Below the pieces are notes generated by a model that was not told the origin of the DNA, did not search any database, and was given only the letters and a program-made list of their open reading frames with translations. A stretch of DNA of 63,303 nt, counting the filler, from Octopus bimaculoides (Eukaryota): the NCBI RefSeq assembly GCF_001194135.2. It is 7 parts of 7 records of this genome, joined end to end, with 100 filler letters (N's around TTAATTAATTAA, not from the genome) between each part and the next. Parts side by side here need not be neighbours in the genome. Positions count along the whole stretch, not along the records: positions 1 to 20,767 come from NC_068986.1; positions 20,868 to 27,838 come from NC_068982.1; 5 more parts are not named here. One strand, written 5' to 3'. Both the position numbers and the translations under genes were made by a program. Below are positions 12,626-24,847 of the stretch, piece by piece (the first letter of the stretch is position 1; each line of letters opens with the position of its first letter).

Positions 12626-12836
12626 GTAGGTTAATCGTTTTTTAATTTAGTATTTTTTTCATTTGTCTTGCCCGTTTACAGTCAGTTGTGTCGCTAAATT
12701 TTTTTACTGAGAACATATTTCTTTCGTGGTTAGATGATTCGGCATCTATTTCTAGCATATAGAGATCCACATTTGCTGGTCATTCCTCTTATCTTTGTAT
12801 GTAATATCTATTTATTTATATATACATATATATCTG

Positions 12837-12876
<40 letters not shown>

Positions 12877-12959
12877 ATTATCTCACTCTCTCCTCTCTCT
12901 CTCTCTTTATATCTATTCACTATCATTTTATATTTTTTCTCAATATATAGTTTTCTTAG

Positions 12960-13335
12960 TGCTTTTCCTCCATCGTCTTTCACTCCACAACTTCTCACCT
13001 TCGATGCAACTACACCTACAATCCATCATCCCACACCCCACTATTCCAATCTACTACACGCCACACTTACCCCCACACATCCCAAGAGAGCAGACGCACC
13101 CCACAACACACAGAGACATACCTGCTTCTATACCCAAACGTATGCACTACACCCTTCTATGCAGCACAGTCTACACTGCCATCTCCTCTCTTCCGGATAC
13201 CTGCCATAGAACCGCGTTCTCACCTAACACCCAGGATTTTCTCATCACATTGCATCCTCTTGCATTTTCCCCATTTTTTTTTGTGTTCTTCCCTATTCTC
13301 TGATAAAGGTCTAGTGTCCGAAACATTAACATTTT
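12960..13335 (+). mobile_element. Penelope-like element-derived C-rich segment ending in a decayed hammerhead-like motif
   Basis: C/A-rich segment ending ctgataaaggtctagtgtccgaaacattaac, which resembles PLE terminal-repeat motifs. Confidence 0.35.
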
Positions 13336-14540
13336 TTCCTTTTCTTTTAAATGTTAGACAATTAAGACCTTCATTGAAACGTGTCCCTTATATTTTAACT
13401 GCTTTATTCACTCATTATCGATCATGTATGATAATCTTTATATCAAACTCAACGTGGATGTTTTGTCAGAACATCTAATATTGCATTATTTACCTTGAGA
13501 AGACTTTTTATACGTATTTCTGGTACAAAAAAACCCTCGTATTTATATCGTCAGTCCTACTAGATAGGGAAGTCCTGAAAATATACTAATTGCTGCCGTC
13601 TCTTTGCACGACTAAACTACGAGCAAAATGAATACAACAAAATCAAAGAAACAAAAAAAACAAAAAACAAAACACACTCTCCAAATCATTCTATTAACAT
13701 ATGCTCCCAACAAATATCTGTAGTAATAGAATTATAGCAAAAATCATTTGTAGCAACCAATCCGTGTAGCAAGTCAACAAGATCTATCGGTGTTTCATCT
13801 CTAACTCGACGTAAATAATTAAACGAAACGCTTTCTCAACGTAAACATTTTACGAATGAATATCTTAAGATAAAATTGTAAAATGGTTTATTATAATGCT
13901 GTAATGTCTATACCATTTACAATATACATGGCCTCTTTTCAATTTTTATGGTTTTTGTCTCTTAAATCTAATTTAGATTGTGATCACTGTCTACCAAAGA
14001 ACAAAAAAATTAAATTTAAAAAAAAAAAAACAGAACACGCAAAGTAAAAGAGAAAGAGCAGAGAAGTAAAGAAAAATAGACAATACAAACACTTTTCGCA
14101 GTTTATCTTGTATTACCTTTCCAAAGTTAGTTGATATGACGTCTAGTCAAACGCTATCTCGTATCTGAAATAGAAATAATTAAAAGGAATTGGTCGTTAT
14201 ATACACACTGTATTTACAAACACACATGCACACACACACACGCACATGCGTACACAAAAGGCATACGTGGATAAATATATGTAGAAGTATATGTATATAA
14301 TTATATGCATGTATGTATGTAAGTGTCATTGATATCGTATATAGGCGTGGATATATTCCTGACTAATTCTACTCCCATTTGTTCAGAAAGACACTTGCAT
14401 GTCAGTAGGTAACAAGCTTATCTATATAATCTATATGTCGATGATATATACATCTATTCATCTGTATAAATATTTCCCACTTAAAGCCCTGATTATACGC
14501 ACACACATACACACACAAACGTGCATACATCTATACATAA

Positions 14541-14619
<79 letters not shown>

Positions 14620-14624
<5 letters not shown>

Positions 14625-15185
14625 CTAGGGCAAGTGTCTTCTACTATAGCCTCGCGCCGATCAAAGACATGTGAGTGAATTTGGTCGACGGAAACTGAAA
14701 GAAGCCTACCGTATATATATATATTATTATAATTATATATATAGCAATAAGAAAATGGAGGGGGATTAATAGGTGGTATTCATTAACTTGAAGACATTGT
14801 ATTATGTCAATTTACTTGTTTATTCGTTTACTAAAAGGACAATAATAGCAATATACAAACACATGTGACCTATTCTGTCATATCAGAAATTTTGAAAATG
14901 ACATATAGTGAAAAAATCTCCCAGCAGTATATTGGATAGATATTAATCCTTAGTGGGTTGGATTCACAAACCCTAACATTCTTGGAGATATATATATGAG
15001 TGCGTGTGTGTATTTGTGTATGTGTGAGTGTGGATGTGTTTGTCTCCCCACCATCAATTGACAACATGTGTTGGTATGTTTATTTCCCTGCAACTGAGCG
15101 ATTCGTGAAAGGGATCGATAGAATAAGTATTAAGCTAACAAGTATAAGTCCTGCGGCCGGTTTCTTCGACTAATACGTTTCAAGA
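14620..15185 (+). mobile_element. SINE family B fragments (14620-14712 and 15045-15185)
   Basis: gggcaagtgtcttctactatagcc..gacggaaactgaaagaagcc, and ttgacaac..gatagaataagt tail. Confidence 0.7.
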
Positions 15186-15510
15186 CGTCAGGTGTTCTTC
15201 TACCAGAATAATGCTCGGCCACTTACATCGCGGATGACATCCCAAAGGTTTTAGTATATTCACCGAAGATTTCCCAATCTGATTATCATTCATTCCGTAG
15301 TCTTCAAAACTATTTGAATTGGAAAAGTATGAATTCTGTGGACAAGATCAGAACAGTAGTGGCGGAGTACTTTTCGTCACAGAATAGTGAATTTTGAAGA
15401 GGATCCTTGAAAGTCTATCAGATAGATGGAAGATCATTGTGGAAAACGAAGGAGAACTTTGTTTATGTTAATTTTGAAAAATAAATTATAAAAAACACCA
15501 TTATCTATGG
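15186..15510 (+). mobile_element. Mariner transposase C-terminal remnant with right TIR
   Basis: VFFYQNNARP (cf. HQDNARP), YSPKISQSDYHSFRSLQNYL (cf. YSPDLAPSDYHLFRSLQ); TIR ttatctatgggataac. Confidence 0.8.
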
Positions 15511-15835
15511 GATAACGAAATTTATATATATATATATATATATATATAAACAATATATGAGTATATGCATATATATGTACATGTATGTATATACGTTCAT
15601 CCACATGTACATATAGATACATAACTGGGTACATGACGTGGNNNNNNNNNNNNNNNNNNNNNNNNNNNNNNNNNNNNNNNNNNNNNNNNNNNNNNNNNNN
15701 NNNNNNNNNNNNNNNNNNNNNNNNNNNNNNNTAGAAACATCCCCTTCATCAGCTGCCACCATTAAAACTCCGGCGTTTCGAAGAATTAAGGCAGTACGCA
15801 TCGTTAAAATGGTTCTTATACAGTAAGTTTTTAAC

Positions 15836-15866
<31 letters not shown>

Positions 15867-15879
15867 TTAAAATTTTTGA

Positions 15880-16050
15880 CTCAGGTGAGTAATTTCATCG
15901 GTGTAGGTAATCCGATTACATCGAGTCCAGTATTTTATCGATCCCGAAAGGCCAAGTCGGCCTCTACGGAATTTGAAATCAGAACCTAAAGACAGGCAGA
16001 ATGCAGCGAAACATTTTACCCTGGGTGCAGACGATTCTGCCAGTTCACCG
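15880..16050 (-). mobile_element. SINE family A, diverged
   Basis: Reverse complement gives ggtgaactggcagaatcgt..ttctgatttcaaattcc..ctttcgggatcgataaa. Confidence 0.65.
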
Positions 16051-16290
16051 GTTTTGTATACATATTCATATACTAAAACAGAAACAAGTGTTTCATTGTA
16101 GGATATGAATTACATGTTGATATCATGTAGAGGATTGCCTATTCACACTACATCAGGTGAAGATACAAAAATAATCCTTTCAATTAGTATGTATGCCCCA
16201 TTTAAAAGCGAACATCTATATACTTGCATTTGACTGCTAGGACGTGCAGATGTGCTTCAAGAGGATAACCTCTTCTATACACCATATGTA

Positions 16291-16557
16291 CGTATGTCAT
16301 TATTCGCTGTATTTCAAGATGGTGGAAGAAATAAATACCAGTTAAATACTGAGGTTGATATAATGGACTTATCTCTCCTCCCCCGAAATTGCTGGCCTTG
16401 TGCCAAAATTTGAAACCCTTACGATAGTATAAACAGTCGATTATTCTGCAGGCATATGCGTCCTTGATGGTAAACTCTAATAGAGAAAGAACCGGTTTCC
16501 GAACCTAGATCCAATGTTCCTTCATCACAATTTCAACATCAACAACAAGGTATTTTT
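16291..16557 (+). mobile_element. Short non-autonomous repeat ((gtat)n-tailed) carrying a 156-bp insertion
   Basis: gtatgtcattattc..tttcaagat [insert] agagaaagaaccggtttccgaacctagatcc..tttcaacatcaacaac; uninterrupted copy at 59917-60030 (minus strand). Confidence 0.65.
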
Positions 16558-17409
16558 GTATGTATGTATGTATGTATGTATGTGTCTGTCAGTCTGTATC
16601 TGGTGCATCTAACAGCAATTTTGCGTTACTTACATCTTACTGAGTTCTCTCCCTTCATGCAAATTGGAAATTTAGCTTCATTTCTTCTCCATAGGTGATA
16701 AATAAATTAATTACCACACTGAGTGTTAGGACGATGATTGAAGAAATCCTAACAGTGCTTAAATCGATCCAGTTTCTGTTAATCATTAAAAGATCGTTAT
16801 TGTTAATGATAAAGTAACCAATGTTTGTCTGGTTGGAAGCTACGCTTCACAGTTGCCATAGTGACATTAAATATACACAGACATATATAAAAGAAATGAA
16901 AAGATCGTAATGGATAGTGAAATGGCGGACTAAATACACGGGAAATCAACCAGAAATTCTACGAGAGTTGGAGAATATAATTCAAGGTAAAAAATTCTGT
17001 TTCACTACCTACAAAACAAAACAACTAATTAAAATATAAAAAAAAAATTTAACTAATGAGACAAGTTTAGTTTTAAATTTGGTTTATTTCATCTAACAAC
17101 TTCCTGAAATCAGGAAAGAAAAAAGAAAAAAGGTAAAAAACAAACAGACTGAGGTAATCCACATTCGACCAAATCGCTGATGCGTTCAATCGCTTGTAAC
17201 ATAACTTTTCTTTTTCTTTTGCTGGAGTTGCTAAGCGACAACAGAGCAGAAGTAGAAACAGAAGAATTTGTGTTATATCAAGTAGCACAGTCTGATATAG
17301 CAGAAGTTGATTGAAACATATATTTAAAGGTAAACCAGAAAAACGATCAGGTTTTGTAGTATACGGAGTTCTTCTAAAATAAACGGCACAAAACTCTGTG
17401 GATTCATTC

Positions 17410-17875
17410 GGCCTCCACCCACTGTTATGCCGTCATTGTATTGGCCGCCTGAAACGCCATACCTCCCTTAACAGATTATAAAACATGGCTTAGACGCCGT
17501 AGGATTCCCTTCCCAACTCCAGCCATCGGGGTAGACCGTAGGGATGTTAGAAGGCTGGACGGTATGACAATTTTCCCTGTCTGTGGTAGTAGGCCCCTTA
17601 TTTGGAATGTCACATGCAGTGACACCTACTTCAGTGGCAACTTGGTGGTGTCAGCTAGCAGCTCAGGCTCCGCCGCTCCTTAGACTGAGAAGGCAAACTG
17701 TCAAAGTATCGGTCGCTCTCTGACAAGTTTAAGGTCAAATCTTTCCAGTTGAAAACACTGGCGTTCTTGGTCCATGGACCATATTCATGCTCACGGCTAT
17801 CGTGGCAGAGATTGCTGTTCGAAACTGCGAGCTCCGTGAGTCAGAATGGCTATTCCAGCGCATCTCCCACTCTAG
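17410..17875 (+). mobile_element. CRE/SLACS-clade non-LTR retrotransposon, C-terminal RLE remnant
   Basis: Frameshifted peptide RH.SLN..IK.GLDAVG.PSQL.P.G.DR.D..R.DGMTIFP...G.PLIWNVTCSDT...G.AA..EK...KYRSLSDKF......TGVLGPWT...REsEWLFQRIS, typical of the CRE endonuclease region. Confidence 0.75.
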
Positions 17876-17980
17876 CCTTTTCCATTTTATCCATTTCCAT
17901 GAGAGATGTTTCTAGTTTGTGAGAGGCATGACTCTCCCGGCAAAACATATCGATGAAATAATTAACAGACTTTTAAGTAA

Positions 17981-18095
17981 TATGAAGGTGAGTCAAAAAG
18001 TAATATGAAGGTGAGTCAAAAAGTAATATGACGGTGAGTCAAGAAGTAATATGAAGGTGAGTCAAAAAGTAATATGAAGGTAGGTCAAAAAGTAA
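17981..18095. repeat. Five tandem 23-bp copies of a mariner TIR terminus
   Basis: Unit tatgaaggtgagtcaaaaagtaa starts at 17981, 18004, 18027, 18050 and 18073; the last copy continues into the mariner body. Confidence 0.9.
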
Positions 18096-18385
18096 TGCCA
18101 TTTTGTTTAGGACAGGTATAATTACCAACACAGGAACATGTATCATACATCAAAATGAAGCTGGTCCTCTGTGGTTCACATCATTACTTCTCAACATAGT
18201 CACCGTTTCTCTCAATAGCAATGTTCCACCTTCGAATGAGAGCATGTATCCCTGCCCCATAAAATTCTGTCGACTGTTCTTTGAGCCACTTCTTCACTAC
18301 AGTTTTCACTTCCTCGTCACTGGAATAATGTTTGCCTCTCAAACCCTCTTTCATGGGGCCGAAGAGATGATAGCCTGAAGGCGCT
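18073..18385 (-). mobile_element. Mariner transposase C-terminal remnant
   Basis: DLAPSGYHLFGPMKEGLRGKHYSSDEEVKTVVKKWLKEQSTEFYGAGIHALIRRWNIAIERNGDYVEK* followed by the TIR. Confidence 0.9.
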
Positions 18386-19134
18386 AAATCGTATAAGTAC
18401 TTGGGGCAACTTGTTAAACTCAACGTTTCAAGGAGTTGCTCCAGCTTAGTCGCAGTCTAATCATTGAAACTAGTCAGAGAAAAGATAATTTAAAAATAAA
18501 GGTGTGTGTGTACGTGTGCGTATGTGTGTGTGCGTACATGTGTGTATGTGCGCGTGCGTTTTGTGTATGTGTGTGTATGCATTTTCTGTGATGATCAGTT
18601 ATGTGAAACTCAGAGGCACAGTTTTGTGAAGTTTTTCTGGTTCAATAAATCACTAAAACTTAGTTTATCTCCGGCGTACCAGTACTACTTTTCTCTTCAT
18701 CGTTTTGCACCTATGCACCCACACGCCTCTCTTTCTCGTTCTCTGTATGTATGTATGTAGATCGGAAGAGNNNNNNNNNNNNNNNNNNNNNNNNNNNNNN
18801 NNNNNNNNNNNNNNNNNNNNNNNNNNNNNNNNNNNNNNNNNNNNNNNNNNNNNNNNNNNNNNNNNNNNNNNNNNNNNNNNNNNNNNNNNNNNNNNNNNNN
18901 NNNNNNNNNNNNNNNNNNNNNNNNNNNNNNNNNNNNNNNNNNNNNNNNNNNNNNNNNNNNNNNNNNNNNNNNNNNNNNNNNNNNNNNNNNNNNNNNNNNN
19001 NNNNNNNNNNNNNNNNNNNNNNNNNNNNNNNNNNNNNNNNNNNNNNNNNNNNNNNNNNNNNNNNNNNNNNNNNNNNNNNNNNNNNNNNNNNNNNNNNNNN
19101 NNNNNNNNNNNNNNNNNNNNNNNNNNNNNNNNNN

Positions 19135-19170
<36 letters not shown>

Positions 19171-19624
19171 GAAACAAAGAGAGAAAGGGAGAAGAGAGAA
19201 AGTTTGCGAGAGCGTGTTTAAGAGAGAGATAGATAAATAGATTGAAAGAGAGAGTGGGGAGAGAGATAACAGAGTGCAAAAGAGCGAGATAGAAGGGTTT
19301 AGATTGCTAATGGGAGATGGAACGCTTAATACATGTAGCACCGTTTATTTATTCGTTTGAAGTCGGTGATAGACTCCGTTGTTAATAAGATTTTCTAGTT
19401 TACTACGTCCGTTCAGGTAAAATCTTGTCGCCTGACCAGACACAGTGACTGACAAACTCTCCATCCTGCTGGAATGAATCATCAGCTATATAAAAAAAAA
19501 GGCAAAAACAATAAAGAAAGCAAAAAAAAAAAATATATATTTAAACAAAATTGACCACCGTCGGTTTCTATGGTGACTAAGCTCTTCGATTATCAGATTT
19601 TTGAACTTATATTATAGTACAAAC

Positions 19625-20020
19625 ATGCTTAGCGGAATTTCGTCTGTCTTTATGTTCTGAGTTCAAATTCAGCCGAGGTCGAGTTTATTCTTTCGGGGTC
19701 GATAAATTAAGTACCAGTTACGTACTGGCGTCGATCTAATTGACTGGCACCCTCCCCAAAAATTTCGGGGCCTTGTGCCTAGAGTAGAAAAGAATATTAT
19801 AGTACAAACGGAAGGCGGTAAGCAGGCAGAATCGTTAACACGCCGGACGAAATGTTTAGCGGCATTTCGTCCGTCTTCTTGTTCTGAGTTCATATTCCGC
19901 TGTGGTCAACTTTGCCTTTTATCCTTTCGGAGTGGAGGAATTAAGTACCAGTTAAATACTGAGGTCGATATAATGGACTTATCTCTCCTCCCCTTGCTGG
20001 CCTTGTGCCAAAATTTGAAA
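19625..20020 (+). mobile_element. Two adjacent family A SINEs (19625-19797 and 19812-20020)
   Basis: Shared head, central block and tails (gtgcctagagtagaaaag; gtgccaaaatttgaaac). Confidence 0.85.
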
Positions 20021-20709
20021 CCCTTATTAAAGTATAAACAGTGGATTATTCTGCAGGCATGTGCGTCCTTAATGGTAAACCCCAAGTAGAAGAGGAGGTG
20101 TTACAATATACCTGATGAGGTTGCCTTTTTTAGTTTTAAAATTAGGGTTTCTTTCAATCTACCCATTTTCAATCTCAAGACGTAGGACAATACGATGATA
20201 AACAAAAAGAAACCTACCCCTTATATGAAGCAATAGGTATGTCTTTTGGTTCTTATTATTTGCTTATGCCCGGATAGAAACACATATACTATTATACACC
20301 CCTACAACATATATACACACATAAATAAACGCTCACATTTGTTTATGCGTTTGGGTGAATTTTGTATATCTCATAGTATTTAACTTGAAAGGATCAAATC
20401 TGATTCAACGTGTTCATTAGATTAATCATAAATAGCAAACAAATACCCTAACAAAATATTACTGGAAAAGGGCATATTAGATAGATCTGTATACAACTAA
20501 TATGGATCGAACGGTGAAATAAGCTTGAGTGTGAGAAATAAGTGAAGCCTAACTTTTCTGGTGTTTATTTTCTGTTATTAAAGTGAGAGGAGAAGTATAT
20601 ACTTGATAGTCCTAGATAACGAAATGGTAGAGAAACAGGAACCGTTTCCGTCATTGGTTATTTCAATCAGCGATGACATTTAGTTGAACTCAGTAGTGTG
20701 TAAATCCGA

Positions 20710-20767
<58 letters not shown>

Positions 20768-20867
20768 NNNNNNNNNNNNNNNNNNNNNNNNNNNNNNNNN
20801 NNNNNNNNNNNTTAATTAATTAANNNNNNNNNNNNNNNNNNNNNNNNNNNNNNNNNNNNNNNNNNNN
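20768..20867. other. Artificial contig-join spacer (44 N + TTAATTAATTAA + 44 N)
   Basis: Exact 100-bp structure with a palindromic six-frame stop linker at 20812-20823. Confidence 0.95.
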
Positions 20868-21217
20868 TATATATATACACATATATGAATAAAATATTTA
20901 CATAGTCGACCAGTTTCGCTTGTGCTAATCATAACTAAAAAGTTAGTGGTACTCTTACAATTTCATGCTATCACAAGAAATTTTCATTCCATGTTAATAG
21001 AGTGCGCGCGCGTGTGTGTGTGTGTGTGTGTTTAGTGCAAGTATATGTAAATATGAGTATATATATGTGTGCATGCATGTATATAAAATTGCAATGAATT
21101 ATAAGATTCTAATATAAGTGTAGAGTATTTAGTCACATAGTAGTGTAATCCCAAAACTATTTTAGATTGAGAGTGAATATATATTCCTATATTTCAATGA
21201 GACAATTATCAACTCAC

Positions 21218-21260
21218 CTCATGTCTTTCTTTTTATCTTTACCTGCTAAAGCAGCATTAT
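21218..21260 (-). CDS. Candidate 43-nt internal coding exon (D/N-NAALAGKDKKKDM-S/R)
   Basis: Minus strand tttaatttattttaaag|ATAATGCTGCTTTAGCAGGTAAAGATAAAAAGAAAGACATGAG|gtgagt: strong donor, only one open frame, inside a CpG-depleted segment. Confidence 0.5.
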
Positions 21261-22765
21261 CTTTAAAATAAATTAAAATTAATCAAAAATTTTGACAAAC
21301 TTTTATCTACTCCCCATCCATCCATTCATCTATTAATCCAGCTAGCTAGCCCGTATCTCATGCGTCAGTCCATCATCTCTGCCCACTATTCCTATAAGAG
21401 GCATGTGGTGTAGGTAGGTTCCTTAGGCACCTCTTCCATAGGGTCCTAAGAGAAGCAACAATCATTAGTTTCTCCAGTTGGATTCCAAAGCATGACTAAT
21501 TGAGACTATGAATGTTATTCAACCAATCCCATTTGTAGTTTACCCTTAGGCTTCCTGCCACTTGGCTCAGCTTGAAGAATATATCTTGCAATTCTTTCTT
21601 GCAAAATTCTAAATAATATCAGAGTTGTGACTCCTCAGTGTAAGGAAGTTAGGGTTCAACCTGGAGAGACTCCTTGATCTCCAAGTTACACACTCCCTTG
21701 AGTCACATCCACTCCAGGGACCCTTTGGATAAACTTTTCCACCAAATTTGCAATTTAAATTTCATTTCATTTCCAGCTTATGCAAATATTTTAAGGATAG
21801 TTAATCATCATAAAATGTTTATCAGTCGTATAAATTTACTTCAAAAAATAGATATTTGCATCTATTTTAAAAATATTTTTCTGAATGCATTAAAAGAAGT
21901 TCTTAAAAAGCAAATAAACAACTATATATATTATACTTTATTTCTGTATAATTAAACTTGTTTTACTAAATTACAAATCATTCTTTTCACTGGAGGCAAT
22001 GACAAAGCCTGATTAATTAAAGTTATCATGATCGTCCCATTGTGCTAACACTTGTATCTCACTCTATCTGTAAGACTTTAGAATGGCTTTATTACTCATA
22101 TTTAAACACGCTGCGCATTAGCTAAGTTTCTGTCTCACTGTACGACTAATTACACTGCTCTCTACTTTTGTAAAGTCTCTTATAAGATCTTATTATTCAC
22201 ATTAATTGCTTGATTAACTGTGTCACTGTTAAAAGATCTTTTACAATGTCTGTCGTGAACAGTAAAAATAAAGAAATAAATGCATTAAGAATTCATTATC
22301 CATGCTTAAAATCTAATGAACCACTGGCCAAGACTGTTGTTATTTTGAGAATAAAGGTTATAAAAGCAGAAACAACAGGACAAGGAAAGCAGAAGTTTCA
22401 AGCAAATTTAATGTTTATCACAAGGATAATATAAGGCTGATAACATTTATTCCAAGGATAATACAAAAAGAAAACCCCATCAAAACTGACTTATTCATTA
22501 CTAAAATAATATAAAAATTACCAATGGAAGCTTTCAATACCCATGGTCTCGTTAACAGAATAGTGGATAGATTGCCTTCAAAACAGCTCTTGGTGAGACA
22601 GCAATTTCTTTCTTTTCTTTCATTCTTTTATTCTTTTACCACTTTCATCATTGAAATATGCTATGCTGGGGCATTGTTTTCAAAGATAAGTCTTTTAGCC
22701 AATTATATAAAACCCTAGTATTTTCACAGATATTTATTGTATTGATCTCATATGTGAGGATAAGC

Positions 22766-23021
22766 CATGGTTCTCAAGTGGTGTTCACATGACCTTTAGG
22801 GGCCTGTATAAGATTTTGTCATTAAAATTTGTCTGAAACAAAATGGTTATACTTTTACAATGCACAAAATATTTTAATGAATATTTTTTATACAATTCCT
22901 TATAATATCCAATTAAAAAAACATAGTAGGTTTTTTTTAATCATTGAATGGTTACGAGGGTCCATCTGAACAAAATAGGAATCAGAGGGATCCATTGTTA
23001 AAAAATGGTTGAGAAACACTG
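22766..23021. mobile_element. hAT/Charlie-like MITE
   Basis: TIR-like catggttctcaa / ttgagaaacactg; no clear TSD. Confidence 0.45.
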
Positions 23022-23410
23022 GTGGGTGGGGGGGTGAAGCAAATCAACCGTCATGTAAAGGGACATAACTCAGATGGCACCAGATACTGCAAGGTATTTT
23101 TATTTGATGCACCGAAATGCTCTTCTTCAAACTCACATATACATACACGCATGCACGTACATACACAGATACACACACAAATACATGTGCATATACATAT
23201 CATCGGCATTTCATAATAATCATTGTCATCGTCGTCGTCGTCGTCGTTTTAATGTCTGCTTTTCCATGCTTACATGAATCAGCTTAGGAATGGCAATTAT
23301 TTCACTAACTTCTTCATTACTTTCATTGTCTGATTTTCACGTTTTATTTACAATCTTATAATAATATAAGATAGTATAATATGATGAAATGATAGAATAT
23401 TAAATGTTCC

Positions 23411-23467
<57 letters not shown>

Positions 23468-23597
23468 TTTATTGGAGAGTATTGTAGTTCGCTTGAAGTA
23501 TTGTGTATTGTTTGTAAAGAATAAAAAGTTTTGAATGGTACAACAATGCACTATAATACAAAGAATGGGCTATATTCCTGTTGTAATTTAGTTATCC

Positions 23598-24200
23598 ATA
23601 TACATTGAAATTCCGATTTTCTGGCAACTGACTCAGTAAACATCCACAAAATTATTAACCAAAGTTCTCTAGTTACTATTAACTATTCACAACCTTATCA
23701 ATGACATCAGTTATCTACCATACTGTGAATGCCTTGCTTCTCTGGGGATGGATACATTGAAACTCCGATTTTCTGGCAACTGACTTGGCAAACACCCACA
23801 AAATTATTAACCATTGTGCTAACAACCACCTTGAGCACGTTTTTGAGCTCCATGTATCTAACATGCGTGGGCATGCCTACAAAGTCAGAAAACAGCACAG
23901 CTCCCAAGACTTTCGGAAACATTTTTTCAGACTCAGAGTTGCTGAAGCATGGAACAAACTACCTGCATCGGTCATTAGCTGCTAAGACATTGCATCCTTT
24001 AAAACCTCCATGCTTCCTGAAATTCACCAACACTATACCTGATATCCACCCCACTCCATACGCATGCACACAGGTATATCATGACTCATACACAATTCAC
24101 TTTCCAGACATTTGTACATAATTCTATGTACTGTATGTGCACCTTTGATTAGTCGTAGTGCACCCAGAACATTATACACTGTAATTTCAATATTTTTTAT
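23598..24200 (+). mobile_element. CR1-clade LINE 3' end
   Basis: THKIINH..EHVFELHVSNMRGHAYKVRKQHSSQDFRKHFFRLRVAEAWNKLPASVISC*DIASFK matches the CR1 RT C-terminal TRGH..K..R..FF..RV...WN.LP motif. Confidence 0.85.
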
Positions 24201-24847
24201 TTTTTATTTTTTATACATACATGTACATTTGTATACACATGTATGCACATATGCACACAACCACATACAAACACTCACTCAGAATGACAGAAAATCATCA
24301 TTTGTGATTATTTTGTCCTTTAATTTTCCCAGTGTATTTTCTATCTATGTTCTTATGCTATCTATGCTATCTATGTTCTTATGTAGTTATTTTCTGGTGC
24401 TACCAGTAATATGTCAGAGTTCGGTCATTACGTACTATGATTGACTCTCATTAAAGTTGATAATCTGTCTAGCCGAAATAATAATTTTTCACACTTACTC
24501 TTTTGTTTTTGTGTGTATGGATATGTGTTCTAAAGAAATCTAAGCCTTAATTAACTAATGTAATATACCTCCTCTGATAATTAAAATAGGCAAAGCTTCT
24601 GGGTAATTACATAAGACTTTATGTAGTCTTCCATTGATGTCTACATTATAGAGGGTTTCTATTGCTTTCATGAGACCTGTGCCAGAATTTGAAATTAACT
24701 GTCAATTATATGACTGGTAGAATTGGTAGAGCATTGAATTAAATGCTTTGTGGTCTTTAGTTGCCGACTGCTACATTCTAAGTTCAAATTTCAATGGGAT
24801 CAACTTGGATTTTTATCCTTCTTGGTCGATAAAACATGCACCAATTG

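Noticed and set aside
17073-17340. Possible exon or signal-peptide ORF
   Set aside because: Frames on both strands stop quickly, no strong donor; the polypyrimidine acceptor alone is insufficient.
17981-18095. CRISPR-like regular repeats
   Set aside because: No spacers; the units are contiguous mariner TIR copies in a eukaryotic context.
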